Made by a program: the position numbers and the translations under genes. From assembly GCA_966250255.1 (NCBI GenBank), contig CBINGV010000001.1:2323-66322 (forward strand): a stretch of DNA of 64,000 nt. The letters run 5' to 3'. Shown one piece after another: positions 9,932-19,700 of this stretch; position 1 is the stretch's first letter; every line of letters begins with the position of its first letter. This DNA comes from an uncultured Flavobacteriales bacterium (GTDB lineage Bacteria > Bacteroidota > Bacteroidia > Flavobacteriales_D > Crocinitomicaceae). A model generated the notes under the pieces. The model saw nothing but the letters and a program-made list of their open reading frames with translations. It had not been told where the DNA came from and did not search any database.

Positions 9932-10498
9932 TTATTCTTGTTTCCGGGCTTCATCGATCTGCATTTCCACCAGCTGGTCAAAGGTCATGTCCAGGTGGGC
10001 CAGGCGGAATTCAACCATTTCTTTCGTTTCTTCAGGCAGTTTCGGGAATTCACGGAGCAGCTGCATGTAGTATTTCCGGATCACGTTGGTGTCCTGCATA
10101 ACCTCTCCCGTTGAGCCGGCATTGAGCAATAAAACAGCGCGTTTCGGGTATTTCGGATACTTCAGCAGCAGGGTGTCGGTATAACGCAGGGAAAGGGAAT
10201 AGGCTTTTTTCTGCATATACAATTGCTGCACCTTGTCGAGGCATTCCGCCGAATAGGCTTCCTTCGGAAAAAGGTGGTAAAAGCGCAGGTGCAGGTTAAT
10301 GGCCGTGTCGACCACTTCTTTCGGAAAATTGAAATCGCTGCGCTCCATCATGTTTTTGTAGAGCACCTGCAGCGAATCGTTGATTTTGCTGATCTCCGCT
10401 TTCAATTCTTTTTGGGTAGGGGCGGCTTTTACCTTGTCCTCACCGGAACAGGAAAGCAGTGCCACGGCGGCCAGGAGGACAAAAAAGAACTTATTCAT
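9932..10498 (-). CDS. Hypothetical helical lipoprotein
   Basis: The track ORF runs to 10702, but the plausible start is MNKFFFVLLAAVALLSCSG (lipobox LLSC) at 10496-10498. That start overlaps the def stop as ATGA. No recognised family. Confidence 0.7.
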   Translation of the reverse strand: MNKFFFVLLAAVALLSCSGEDKVKAAPTQKELKAEISKINDSLQVLYKNMMERSDFNFPKEVVDTAINLHLRFYHLFPKEAYSAECLDKVQQLYMQKKAYSLSLRYTDTLLLKYPKYPKRAVLLLNAGSTGEVMQDTNVIRKYYMQLLREFPKLPEETKEMVEFRLAHLDMTFDQLVEMQIDEARKQE

Positions 10499-11097
10499 CG
10501 TTTGCCTTTGAGGGTTGCCGGGAATTTCATTTTGTAGTCCACGCTGATATCGCCTTTCGAAATATTTGTCAGTTTTTTGGTCAGCAGCCTGCGCTTGAGC
10601 GCCGATAAATGATCCGTAAACAAAACACCTTCGATGTGGTCGTATTCGTGCTGGATGATCCGGGCCGAATAGCCTTCGAAGCTTTCCGTATGTTTTTTCC
10701 ATTTGGCATCGTAGTACGTCAGCGTTACCCGCTCTTTACGAAACACTTCCTCGCGGATTTTCGGGATGCTCAGGCAGCCTTCGTTAAAGCCCCACTCTTC
10801 GCCTTCTTCCTTGATAATCTGCGGATTGATAAACACCCGCTTGAAATCTTCCATTCCGGCTGCACGCGGGTCGTCTTCCTCCTCATCGTCTTCCTTTTCG
10901 GCAAAAGGGCTGCCGTCCACCACGAACAAACGGATGGAAAGTCCTACCTGCGGAGCAGCCAAACCTACCCCGGCCGCATTATACATTGTTTCAAACATAT
11001 TGCTGATAAGCTCGTCCAGTTTCGGGTAAGTTTTGTCAATGTCTTCCGCTGTTTTTTTCAGGACAGGATCGCCGTATGCTACAATTGGTAATATCAT
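10495..11097 (-). CDS. def: Peptide deformylase
   Basis: 200 aa carrying motifs GVGLAAPQ, EGCLSIP and HEYDHIEG. It has an acidic insertion, EKEDDEEEDDPRAAG. Confidence 0.95.
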   Translation of the reverse strand: MILPIVAYGDPVLKKTAEDIDKTYPKLDELISNMFETMYNAAGVGLAAPQVGLSIRLFVVDGSPFAEKEDDEEEDDPRAAGMEDFKRVFINPQIIKEEGEEWGFNEGCLSIPKIREEVFRKERVTLTYYDAKWKKHTESFEGYSARIIQHEYDHIEGVLFTDHLSALKRRLLTKKLTNISKGDISVDYKMKFPATLKGKR

Positions 11098-11239
11098 GTT
11101 TTCGTATTGTATAGACTTTTAACGCCTTACAAAATTACGAAAAATAAGCGTTTCGCCTAAAAAGTTTCATTTTTAACAAAATATGGCTAATTTTGTTAAA
11201 TTACTGCATTTACCGTACATGAATCTGCAAAGAAAAGCT

Positions 11240-11247
11240 TATTTTTG
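11240..11247 (+). promoter_or_regulatory. Bacteroidota-type -7 box TATTTTTG
   Basis: Matches TAnnTTTG, 18 nt upstream of the ATG at 11266. It overlaps the track ORF's TTG start, which argues for the downstream ATG. Confidence 0.5.
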
Positions 11248-11265
11248 TATCCCATAATCAAAACT

Positions 11266-12597
11266 ATGCACACAATTCTTGTTTTAGGGGCCGGCTTATC
11301 CAGTTCATCTTTAATACGTTACTTACTTCAAAACGCCCCGGAACACAACTGGCAGGTTCGCATCGTTGACCAGCAAATCGAAACCGTCCGCAAAAAAATC
11401 GATCGCAATCCCCACGGTGTCGCCCTGGGTTTCAATGCCCTTAAACGCGAAGAGCGCTTGCCCGAAATTGAAAAGGCCGACCTGGTGATCAGTATGCTCC
11501 CGGCGCGTTTTCATGTGGAAGTCGCCAAAGACTGCATTGCCCTGAAAAAAAACATCATCACGCCTTCTTACGTTTCCCCGGAAATGAAAGCCCTGGATGC
11601 CGAAGCCCAAGCAGCCGGCATTATCATTCTGAATGAAATCGGGGTGGACCCGGGTATCGATCACATGAGCGCCATGAAGGTCATTGACGAGATCCGTGCG
11701 GAAGGCGGTGTGCTGAGCAGCTTCAAATCCTATTGCGGCGGACTGATCTCCCCGGAAAGCGACGATAATCCCTGGAATTATAAATTCACCTGGAACCCGC
11801 GCAACGTGGTGCTCGCCGGACAAGGCGCCACTGCCCGTTTCCTGGAAAAAGGCGAATACAAATACATCCCCTACCAGCAGTTGTTCAAACGGCTCGACTT
11901 GATCGAAATCGAAGGTTACGGCTCCTTTGAAGGCTATGCCAACCGCGATTCCCTGTCCTACCGAAGTGTTTACGGCCTCGAGGAAATCCCGACCATTTTC
12001 CGCGGAACCCTGCGCAAGGCCGGTTATTGCAGAGCCTGGAATGTTTTTGTACAATTGGGAATGACCGACGATTCCTATGCGATGGAAAACGCTGAAAAGC
12101 TGTCGGCACGCAGTTTCCTGAACGCTTTCCTGCCTTATGACGAGCTGCTGACTGCGGAAGAAAAATTGCAGCGCTTCCTGGGAGACGACCGGGAAAGCTA
12201 CGACAAAATTGCCTGGCTGGGCCTTTTCGACAAGCAGGAAATCATTGGCTTTGAAGGCGCCACACCGGCTCAGCTACTCGAAAAAATCCTCGTACAGAAA
12301 TGGGCGCTCCACCCGGGCGACAAAGACATGCTCGTGATGTTCCACGAATTCCTCTACGAGCTCAAAGGTGAAAAGCAGCGGATTACGTCCTCGATGGTCA
12401 ATATCGGTGAAGACCAAGTGTATACCTCAATGAGCAACACGGTAGGTTTGCCGGTAGCTATTGCCGCCAAGATGATTCTGACCGGCAACATGCGCTTAAA
12501 AGGAGTGCAGGTGCCTGTTTTACCTGAAATTTATCAGCCGATCCTCGAAGAGCTGAGCACTTTTGGCATTACATTTATCGAGAAAAAAGACCGTTAA
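11266..12597 (+). CDS. Saccharopine dehydrogenase family protein
   Basis: MHTILVLGAGLSSSSLIRYLL Rossmann start. Full-length similarity pattern to the saccharopine dehydrogenase NADP-binding and C-terminal domains. Confidence 0.85.
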   Translation: MHTILVLGAGLSSSSLIRYLLQNAPEHNWQVRIVDQQIETVRKKIDRNPHGVALGFNALKREERLPEIEKADLVISMLPARFHVEVAKDCIALKKNIITPSYVSPEMKALDAEAQAAGIIILNEIGVDPGIDHMSAMKVIDEIRAEGGVLSSFKSYCGGLISPESDDNPWNYKFTWNPRNVVLAGQGATARFLEKGEYKYIPYQQLFKRLDLIEIEGYGSFEGYANRDSLSYRSVYGLEEIPTIFRGTLRKAGYCRAWNVFVQLGMTDDSYAMENAEKLSARSFLNAFLPYDELLTAEEKLQRFLGDDRESYDKIAWLGLFDKQEIIGFEGATPAQLLEKILVQKWALHPGDKDMLVMFHEFLYELKGEKQRITSSMVNIGEDQVYTSMSNTVGLPVAIAAKMILTGNMRLKGVQVPVLPEIYQPILEELSTFGITFIEKKDR

Positions 12598-12684
12598 CGG
12601 ATTTTTTTGCTTCCCTGACAATAAAAAATCACGTTTATCGATTTGATTTTTATATCTTTACATTTTTAAAAATAAATCCATCTT

Positions 12685-13890
12685 ATGAAAAAACTGATCA
12701 TCCTGGTTGGGGTTGTTCTGTGTGCGCATAACCTTGTGGCTCAGGCACCTACCACAACCAATGCGGAAAACAGTTCATACGTCTTTACCAAAGTGGCCCA
12801 TTTGGATGCTACACCGGTACAGGACCAGGGCTACACCGGCACCTGCTGGAGCTTCTCGGCACTGTCTTTTTTTGAGTCCGAGCTGATCCGCAAAGGCAAC
12901 AAAAACCCGGCTCTTCTCTCCGAAATGTATGTTGTACGCAAAGCATATGAGGCTAAGGCTGATAAATATGTACGCGTGGACGGCAAGGGAAATTTCTCCG
13001 AGGGCGGTGCTTTCCATGACATTCCTTACGTGATCAAGCATTACGGGATTGTTCCGGCAAGTGTTTATGGCGGCTTGAACTATGGTTCCGAAGAACATGA
13101 CCACAGCGAAATGTACTCCGTAGTGAACGGTGCCGTAGAAGGCCTCACCAAGCACATGCGCGAATCCAATGGCGGCCTCACGCCAGCCTGGAAAAATGCC
13201 GTTGCGGGAATCCTCGATGCCTACCTCGGAGCTGACCCGAAAGAGTTTGAATTCCAGGGCAAAAAATACACCCCGAAAAGCTATGCGCAATCCCTCGGCC
13301 TGAACATGGACGATTATGTTTCCATTACCTCCTTTACCAACCACGATCCGTACAGCATGTGCCAGCTTGCTATTCCTGACAACTGGGCCTGGGGCAACAG
13401 CTACAACGTAGCCCTTCCGGATATGATGACCGTTGTGGAATACGCCCTCAAAAATGGCTACACCATCGCCTGGGGTGCCGATGTTTCCGAAAAAGGCTTC
13501 AATTTCCGCGACGGAATCGCAATCGTACCGGAAGATCCTTCCACCATTGCCGTATCCGGCCGCGACAACCGCAACTTCAATAACGCGGGCGCCGATAAAA
13601 AATCCAACGCTTTCCTGAGCCCTACCAAAGAAATCACCGTAACACCGGAGATGCGACAGGAAGGTTATGACAACAAAAAAACCACGGACGACCACGGAAT
13701 GCACATCACTGGTTTGTACAAAGACCAGAACGGCACGCGCTTCCTGCTCGTTAAAAATTCCTGGGGAACCGAAAACTTCCCGCAGGGTTACCTCTACGTT
13801 TCCGAAAACTACTTTAACTTAAAAACCATTAATATCTATTTGCACAAGGACGGCGTACCTTCCGACTTGCGCAAGAAATTGAAATTGTAA
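12685..13890 (+). CDS. C1-family cysteine peptidase (aminopeptidase C / bleomycin hydrolase-like) with signal peptide
   Basis: 401 aa with signal peptide MKKLIILVGVVLCAHNLVAQA and active-site block QGYTGTCWSFSALSFFESE. The C-terminal NSWG block is typical of PepC-like enzymes. Confidence 0.88.
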   Translation: MKKLIILVGVVLCAHNLVAQAPTTTNAENSSYVFTKVAHLDATPVQDQGYTGTCWSFSALSFFESELIRKGNKNPALLSEMYVVRKAYEAKADKYVRVDGKGNFSEGGAFHDIPYVIKHYGIVPASVYGGLNYGSEEHDHSEMYSVVNGAVEGLTKHMRESNGGLTPAWKNAVAGILDAYLGADPKEFEFQGKKYTPKSYAQSLGLNMDDYVSITSFTNHDPYSMCQLAIPDNWAWGNSYNVALPDMMTVVEYALKNGYTIAWGADVSEKGFNFRDGIAIVPEDPSTIAVSGRDNRNFNNAGADKKSNAFLSPTKEITVTPEMRQEGYDNKKTTDDHGMHITGLYKDQNGTRFLLVKNSWGTENFPQGYLYVSENYFNLKTINIYLHKDGVPSDLRKKLKL

Positions 13891-13908
13891 CGCATTAATT
13901 TTGTAAAG

Positions 13909-14229
13909 ATGGAACGATTAACTCCTGCTGAAGAACAAGTAATGCTGAAATTGTGGAAACTGGAAAAAGCTTCCGTTCACCAGATTTTAGAACTTTACGC
14001 GGAGCCAAAGCCAGCTTACAATACAACTTCGACCATCGTGCGAATTCTTGAAAAAAAGAAATTTATCAGGCACAAAGCACAGGGGAAAGGCTTCATTTAT
14101 TACCCGCGGGTCAGCATGGACCAATACCGGGAATACCTGGCCGATTACCTCCTGAAAAATTACTTTGACGGCGACCGCAAAGCGATTGTGAGTCACTTTA
14201 ACAAGAGTTCATTAAACGAATTGTTGTAA
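13909..14229 (+). CDS. BlaI/MecI/CopY family transcriptional repressor
   Basis: 106 aa. LTPAEEQVMLKLWKLEKASVHQILELY...YNTTSTIVRILEKKKFI is a winged-helix typical of the BlaI family. It starts 18 nt after the peptidase gene. Confidence 0.85.
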   Translation: MERLTPAEEQVMLKLWKLEKASVHQILELYAEPKPAYNTTSTIVRILEKKKFIRHKAQGKGFIYYPRVSMDQYREYLADYLLKNYFDGDRKAIVSHFNKSSLNELL

Positions 14230-14244
14230 AGAACCAAAACCGAT

Positions 14245-14274
14245 AAAAGGGTGGACGTAAGTTCACCCTTTTTT
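14245..14274. terminator. Bidirectional rho-independent terminator between convergent genes
   Basis: AAAAGGGTGGAC-GTAA-GTTCACCCTTTTTT: an 8-bp stem (one G-U pair) flanked by an A-run and a T-run. Confidence 0.7.
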
Positions 14275-14316
14275 ATTTTCGTTCGTATTTTTCTTAGAAT
14301 AAGGCGGTATCCGGAA

Positions 14317-14964
14317 TCAACCCATCAGCTCTTTCAGCAAAGCCTCGAGTTTTTCTTTCACTTCTGACAGTTGGGTTTCGAGCTGCGTGACGCGTTCTTC
14401 CAGCTCGGAGACATTTTTGCGCGCCGGTTCGCTGCCGTAGCTTGAATCGTCAAATTCCGGAACCTCGGCAAAACAGTGGCAGTAACGCGCTTCTTTTTGA
14501 CCGGGTTTTTTCGGCAGGAGCTGCACAAAAGGAGTATCGTAATTGGCCAGGTTGTCGAGCGTTTGCTGAACTTCCTGCAAGGAATCGAATTCGTAGAGCC
14601 TGCCCGAATTGGAGTTGATTTCGCCGGCAGTCAATGGGCCGCGCAGCATCAACAGGCAAAGCACACTCGTTTCCGCCGGATCGAGCGGGTAAGCAACGGC
14701 AATCGTATGCCGGTATTTTAGGGCCCGGCCGCCGCCAATGACATGGGCAATGAGCTGTTTTTTCTTCAGGGAGTCGAGGGCCAATACAACCGTTTCTTCA
14801 TCGTAATCCACGACGGGGTTGCGTGAGCTTTTCTGGTTGCAGGCCGTATGCAGTGAATTCAGCGTCAGCGGGTAATAATCGGGGGTGGTTTTGCTTTTTT
14901 CGATCAGAGCGCCCAATACGCGCAGCTCTTCCGCTGTGAGTTGTGGTAAGTTGTTGTTTTCCAT
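14317..14964 (-). CDS. yceH: YceH family protein (DUF480)
   Basis: 215 aa. LTAEELRVLGALIEKSKTTPDYYPLTLNSL is the characteristic YceH N-terminus, and the C-terminus is a coiled coil. Confidence 0.85.
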   Translation of the reverse strand: MENNNLPQLTAEELRVLGALIEKSKTTPDYYPLTLNSLHTACNQKSSRNPVVDYDEETVVLALDSLKKKQLIAHVIGGGRALKYRHTIAVAYPLDPAETSVLCLLMLRGPLTAGEINSNSGRLYEFDSLQEVQQTLDNLANYDTPFVQLLPKKPGQKEARYCHCFAEVPEFDDSSYGSEPARKNVSELEERVTQLETQLSEVKEKLEALLKELMG

Positions 14965-14967
14965 GTG

Positions 14968-16038
14968 TTATTCGATTTGTCCTTCCTTGACTTTATGCTT
15001 TTTGTTGTCGCCATCGGAAATAGGCAGCGGGTTGGACGAAATTTCCTTCACGAACTGGCGGTTGCGGTAAACATCGATTGCGAGGTAGATGGCGCTGCGC
15101 ATCGATTGCTCGGAAGCTTTGTCCTGTCCTGCAATGTCGAAGGCCGTCCCGTGATCGGGTGAGGTGCGCACAATCGGCAGGCCGGCGGTATAATTTACGC
15201 CCTCCTCGAAAGCTAAGGCTTTGAAAGCCGTCAGGCCCTGATCGTGGTACATCGCCAGGATCCCGTCAAATTCACGGATGCTGTTCGACCCGAAAAAGCT
15301 GTCGGCCGGGTAGGGCCCGAAAGCGAGGATGTTTTCTCCTTTGGCCTGCTGGATGGCCGGTGTGATGATGCTTTGTTCCTCGTCACCCATTTTACCATTT
15401 TCCCCGGCATGCGGGTTCAGGCCGAATACGGCAATTTTCGGGCGGATAATTCCAAAGTCCTTTTTGAGGCTGCTTTCCAGCATTTTAATCTTCTGAACGA
15501 TCTTCTCCTTCGTCAGCTGGGAAGAAACCTCTTTGAGAGCCAGGTGTGTTGTTACGAGCGCTACGCGCAGGTTGGCGTTCACCATCAGCATCAATACTTC
15601 TTCCTGGTTAGCGAGGTGCGCCAGGTATTCGGTATGGCCCGGGAATTTAAACCCGGCTTTGATAATGGCATCCTTGGAAATCGGCGCGGTTACCAGCACA
15701 TCGATTTTGTTGGCAGCCAGGTCTTCCGTCGCTTTTTCGAGCGAAAGGAAGGCGTATTTCCCACCGGTTTCGGTCGATTGCCCCAGGTCAAATTTGATCT
15801 CGTCGTTCCAGACGTTGACCACATTAACTTTTTTGGCCACCGCTTCGGTAGCGCTTTTGCAGGATTGGTAGGCCAGTTCCTCGCCATGCACCATTTTTTT
15901 ATGGAATGAAATGGTCTTGGTTGACCCATAAATAATCGGGATACAATCTTGTAAAATACGGTTATCGCGCAAGGCTTTGATAATGATTTCCGGCCCGATG
16001 CCGTTGATATCACCGATGGTAATTCCTACTCGTATCAT
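14968..16038 (-). CDS. pdxA: 4-hydroxythreonine-4-phosphate dehydrogenase
   Basis: 356 aa with GITIGDINGIGPEIIIKA, HTEYLA and SPDHGTAFDIAG blocks. Confidence 0.93.
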   Translation of the reverse strand: MIRVGITIGDINGIGPEIIIKALRDNRILQDCIPIIYGSTKTISFHKKMVHGEELAYQSCKSATEAVAKKVNVVNVWNDEIKFDLGQSTETGGKYAFLSLEKATEDLAANKIDVLVTAPISKDAIIKAGFKFPGHTEYLAHLANQEEVLMLMVNANLRVALVTTHLALKEVSSQLTKEKIVQKIKMLESSLKKDFGIIRPKIAVFGLNPHAGENGKMGDEEQSIITPAIQQAKGENILAFGPYPADSFFGSNSIREFDGILAMYHDQGLTAFKALAFEEGVNYTAGLPIVRTSPDHGTAFDIAGQDKASEQSMRSAIYLAIDVYRNRQFVKEISSNPLPISDGDNKKHKVKEGQIE

Positions 16039-17438
16039 TTGTTGTTTTTACTTTTTTGTTCTAAAAAATCATATAAAAGGCGCACGCCAACTCCTGTCCC
16101 GCCTTTGCCTTTATAGTTTTCAGGCGCTTCCAGGAAAGAAGGGCCGGCAATATCCAGGTGAACGAAAGGCGCCTTGACGAAATGCTCCAGGAATTTCCCG
16201 GCGGTAATCATTCCGGCATAACGGCTGCCGATATTTTTCAGGTCGGCCACGGAAGATTTCATTTCTTCGAGGTATTCGTCCCAGAAGGGGAGCTGTACTA
16301 CGCGTTCGTGTGTCCTGTACCCGGAAGCGGTGAGTTTGTCGAGCACTTTCTGATCGGCGTTGCCCATCATGCAGGTCGCTTTGGTACCGATGGCCACCAC
16401 GGCCGCCCCGGTTAGTGTCGCGGAGTTGATTACAAGCTCCGGGTCATATTTTTTGGAATACGCGAGCGCATCAGCCAGGATCATCCGGCCTTCGGCATCT
16501 GTATTCAATACTTCAACGGTTGTTCCATCAAACATCGTAATGACATCGCCCGGTGCATAGGCGTCCATCCCCGGACGGTTGTCCGTTGCGGGGATCAATC
16601 CGATGATGTGTACCGGCAATTCGTTTTTTGCTGCGGCATAAATCGTACCGGCCATCATGGCTGCCCCGGCCATATCGGACTTCATCAAATCCATGGAACC
16701 GGCAGTTTGCTTGAGGCTTAATCCGCCGGTATCGTATACAACACCTTTCCCAACCAAAACCAGCGGTTTTTTGTTGACGGCCTTTTTCGGCTTATATTCG
16801 ATGATCGTGAAAGTTGGCGGCTCAACCGAACCTTTATTTACGGCGAGCAAGCCCCCCATTTTAAGCGCTTCGATTTTGGATTTTTCCAGTACTTCAACGT
16901 GAGCGCCGGTTCCTTCCATTAAGAGCTCAATTTCCTGTGAAAGTTGCGTCGCTGTGAGGTAAGAGGCCGGTTCATTGACCATGTCGCGCGTCCAGTAAAC
17001 GGCTTCCATCAGCTGGTTAAAGCGCTTGATTTCTTTTTTGTCGAGATCGGCATAGACCGCCTTGAGCCCGTACTTTTTTTCGGCGGCGTCCTTAAAGTAT
17101 TTTAGGAACTGGTAATTGGCAAGCAATAAACCTTCGGCTACGACGAGGTTGGTTTCCTTGTTATCGCCGATAATGGTCAATTCTTTTGCGTCTTTATCCA
17201 GCTGGGTACGCAGCGTATGGCCCGCCACCCGGTTTTTTTCACGGTCTTCATTTTCTTTCAGGAAAAAAACCTGGTGCTCTTCCGTTTTCAGGAAATCAAA
17301 TTCCTTTTTGGATGCCTGGAAGGTTTTGATAAAACGTTGAATGTGGGCCGGGGCCTTACTATCTGCTTTTGATTTTTTGGACAGGATGAAAAGCAGGTTG
17401 TTGGAGTAATTAATTTTCTGGAGCGATTGAAGCAACAT
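16035..17438 (-). CDS. pepA: Leucyl aminopeptidase (M17)
   Basis: 467 aa with VGKGVVYDTGGLSLK and NTDAEGRMILADAL motifs. There is a 4-nt overlap with the pdxA start. Confidence 0.93.
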   Translation of the reverse strand: MLLQSLQKINYSNNLLFILSKKSKADSKAPAHIQRFIKTFQASKKEFDFLKTEEHQVFFLKENEDREKNRVAGHTLRTQLDKDAKELTIIGDNKETNLVVAEGLLLANYQFLKYFKDAAEKKYGLKAVYADLDKKEIKRFNQLMEAVYWTRDMVNEPASYLTATQLSQEIELLMEGTGAHVEVLEKSKIEALKMGGLLAVNKGSVEPPTFTIIEYKPKKAVNKKPLVLVGKGVVYDTGGLSLKQTAGSMDLMKSDMAGAAMMAGTIYAAAKNELPVHIIGLIPATDNRPGMDAYAPGDVITMFDGTTVEVLNTDAEGRMILADALAYSKKYDPELVINSATLTGAAVVAIGTKATCMMGNADQKVLDKLTASGYRTHERVVQLPFWDEYLEEMKSSVADLKNIGSRYAGMITAGKFLEHFVKAPFVHLDIAGPSFLEAPENYKGKGGTGVGVRLLYDFLEQKSKNNK

Positions 17439-17509
17439 AATCCGGGGTTTAAAGTGTAAAAATAAAAAAAGTCGGCCACAAAAGCCGACTTTTCAGAAAT
17501 ATTTTGACG

Positions 17510-18391
17510 TTAGAGTTGCCCGTCAGAATGGTAAACCCCGTTCTTGTAAACTTTTACTTTGAGGAGGATTCCGTCGCGGTCGTAAACGTATACTTTTCCT
17601 TCGTACAATCTTCCTTCTTTGAAGTTACCGTCCTGCCAGATTTCATCCTGGGCATTGTAGACTTTATTGTAACCGTTCGGCTGGAATTTGCCACCTTTTA
17701 CGATTGGCTTGTCAATGGATGGAGCGCGCTCGTTGCTTTGTCCCGGATCCTTCACTTTGATCATCGGGTTAACCGGATCTTTCGGAGTGGATTTGGCAAT
17801 GGAGCCGTCTGCATTAAATTCGATGATTTCTTTTACGTCGCCGTTTTCGTAATAGCGGGTCGCTTTACCGCTGGCAACGCCGTTTTGGGAAGTGTATTCA
17901 AATTCTACCTGGCCGTTCGGGTAGTAATATTTTACTTTGCCCTGTTCTTTGCCGTTTTCGTTATATTGGGCTTCGTATTCCAATTGGCCGTTCTCATGAA
18001 AGCGTTTCAAAGAGTCCTGGTATTGGTTTTTTTCGAAGCTTCCCTGTTCTTTGATTTTTCCGTTAGCGTGAAATTTGGTGTATTTACCTTTAGGACGGTT
18101 GTTTACGTACATCCCTTTGAGCTTGGGAGTTACACCGTCGTTATGATATTTGATCCAGACGCCTTCTTTCCGGTCGTCTTTATAGGGCCCTTCCTCGATT
18201 TTCCCTTCCATCGGGTAACCTTCTTCCGGGCGATCTTTACCATAATAAATCCATTTCCCCTGCTTTTTGCCATTGGCATCTTTTTGGTTGATCTTATCGT
18301 CCTGAGTCAGGTAAGGCCCGCCAATAATGTCTGCCAAAGACATACTTGAAAAAGAAAGAACAAAAACAAATAAAGATAAAAGTTTAATCAT
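17510..18391 (-). CDS. Secreted MORN-repeat-variant protein (YwqK-like family)
   Basis: 293 aa with a signal peptide and repeated G.W..Y..NG / YYPNGQVEFEY units. Confidence 0.8.
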   Translation of the reverse strand: MIKLLSLFVFVLSFSSMSLADIIGGPYLTQDDKINQKDANGKKQGKWIYYGKDRPEEGYPMEGKIEEGPYKDDRKEGVWIKYHNDGVTPKLKGMYVNNRPKGKYTKFHANGKIKEQGSFEKNQYQDSLKRFHENGQLEYEAQYNENGKEQGKVKYYYPNGQVEFEYTSQNGVASGKATRYYENGDVKEIIEFNADGSIAKSTPKDPVNPMIKVKDPGQSNERAPSIDKPIVKGGKFQPNGYNKVYNAQDEIWQDGNFKEGRLYEGKVYVYDRDGILLKVKVYKNGVYHSDGQL

Positions 18392-18509
18392 TTTTTCGCT
18401 TTAAATTATCCAACCGCAGTTGAAATATAGTAATTATATTCGAATGAACAAGAGTTATGCCAAATAAATTCGTCAAATATATTTATTTTTTCGATTAACG
18501 GTTTAAATG

Positions 18510-19460
18510 TTAATTTATTTTGGAAATGTCTACGTGGCTTAACATTTCCTTCACCATTTCCTCCAAATTGAATTTTTCCCGCCAGCCCCAATCGCTTTTT
18601 GCAGAGGAATCATCGATCGAATCCGGCCAGCTGTCGGCGATCGCCTGGCGGAAATCCGGTGCGTACGAAATTGTGAAATCCGGGAGCTGTTTTTTGATGG
18701 CTTCCGCCAGTGTTTCGGGGGTAAAACTAATGCCGGCCAGGTTATAGCTTGAACGGATTTTCACCTGTTCTTTCGGGGCTTGCATAAGCTCGATCGTGGC
18801 CCGGATCGCATCGTCCATATACATCATCGGCAGCGCCGAATCTTTGTCGAGAAAGGAGGTATATTTCCCGCTTTTTTTGGCCTGGTAGAAAATATCTACT
18901 GCATAATCGGTTGTCCCGCCGCCCGGCAGGCTCGTATGCGAGATCAGTCCCGGGTAGCGGATGCTGCGCACATCCACGCCGAACTGCTTGAAGTAATATT
19001 CGCACCAGCGTTCGCCGGCCAGCTTGGAAATCCCGTAAACCGTGGAAGGCTCCATAACGGTGTATTGCGGGGTTTTGTGTTTAGGGGTCGTCGGCCCGAA
19101 AACAGCGATTGAACTCGGCCAGAAAAGCTGTTCGATGTGGCCTTCCTTCGCCAGGTCAAGAATCGTGAAAAGTCCCTCCATATTCAGCTTCCAGGCAAAA
19201 TCCGGGTTTTTCTCCGCCGTAGCCGACAGGAGGGCTGCCAGGAGGTAAACATGGGAGAAGTTCCCGGCGATGATATATTGCCGCACGGCCTCGCGGTCGA
19301 GCACATCCAGGCGCTTGTAAGGCCCATCCAGGAAAAGGTTATTTTCGTATTCCTTCACATCAGAGGCGACCACCTGTTCCGTCCCGTAAATTTTACGGAG
19401 CGAAAGCACCAATTCGGTACCGATCTGGCCGCCAGCGCCTATCACAAGGATTCTTTTCAT
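18510..19460 (-). CDS. tdh: L-threonine 3-dehydrogenase, NAD-dependent epimerase/dehydratase type
   Basis: 316 aa. MKRILVIGAGGQIGTELVLSLRKIYGTEQVVASD and the YGISK catalytic motif resemble the short-chain TDH family. Confidence 0.8.
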   Translation of the reverse strand: MKRILVIGAGGQIGTELVLSLRKIYGTEQVVASDVKEYENNLFLDGPYKRLDVLDREAVRQYIIAGNFSHVYLLAALLSATAEKNPDFAWKLNMEGLFTILDLAKEGHIEQLFWPSSIAVFGPTTPKHKTPQYTVMEPSTVYGISKLAGERWCEYYFKQFGVDVRSIRYPGLISHTSLPGGGTTDYAVDIFYQAKKSGKYTSFLDKDSALPMMYMDDAIRATIELMQAPKEQVKIRSSYNLAGISFTPETLAEAIKKQLPDFTISYAPDFRQAIADSWPDSIDDSSAKSDWGWREKFNLEEMVKEMLSHVDISKIN

Positions 19461-19563
19461 GTTTTAGCAAAATTTCAGCAAAAGTAACATTATCCGTGAA
19501 AAAAGCCGCATATCGCTGTTTAAAAATTAACCGATTTAATTTTGTTTCCTAAGCGAAAACCGT

Positions 19564-19571
19564 TATTTTTG
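19564..19571 (+). promoter_or_regulatory. Candidate -7 box TATTTTTG in the tdh/hmgA divergent region
   Basis: Exact TAnnTTTG match, followed by a 23-codon mini-ORF (19577-19648) and a GC palindrome plus T-run. Confidence 0.35.
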
Positions 19572-19700
19572 TCTTTATGAAGATGTATCGTGCATGGATT
19601 GGTTTGAAAGACCATTTGAACTTCCTGATCAAGCGTAATCCCGAGTGAGCCCGGGCTTTTTGATTAGTTAAAGTTTTGTTTTATTTAAAAAATTAAAATC

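Noticed and set aside
17510-18391. The YwqK-family 'antitoxin' label taken as suggesting a toxin-antitoxin module.
   Set aside because: The protein has a signal peptide and MORN-variant repeats, and there is no adjacent toxin gene. The label is a family-name artefact.
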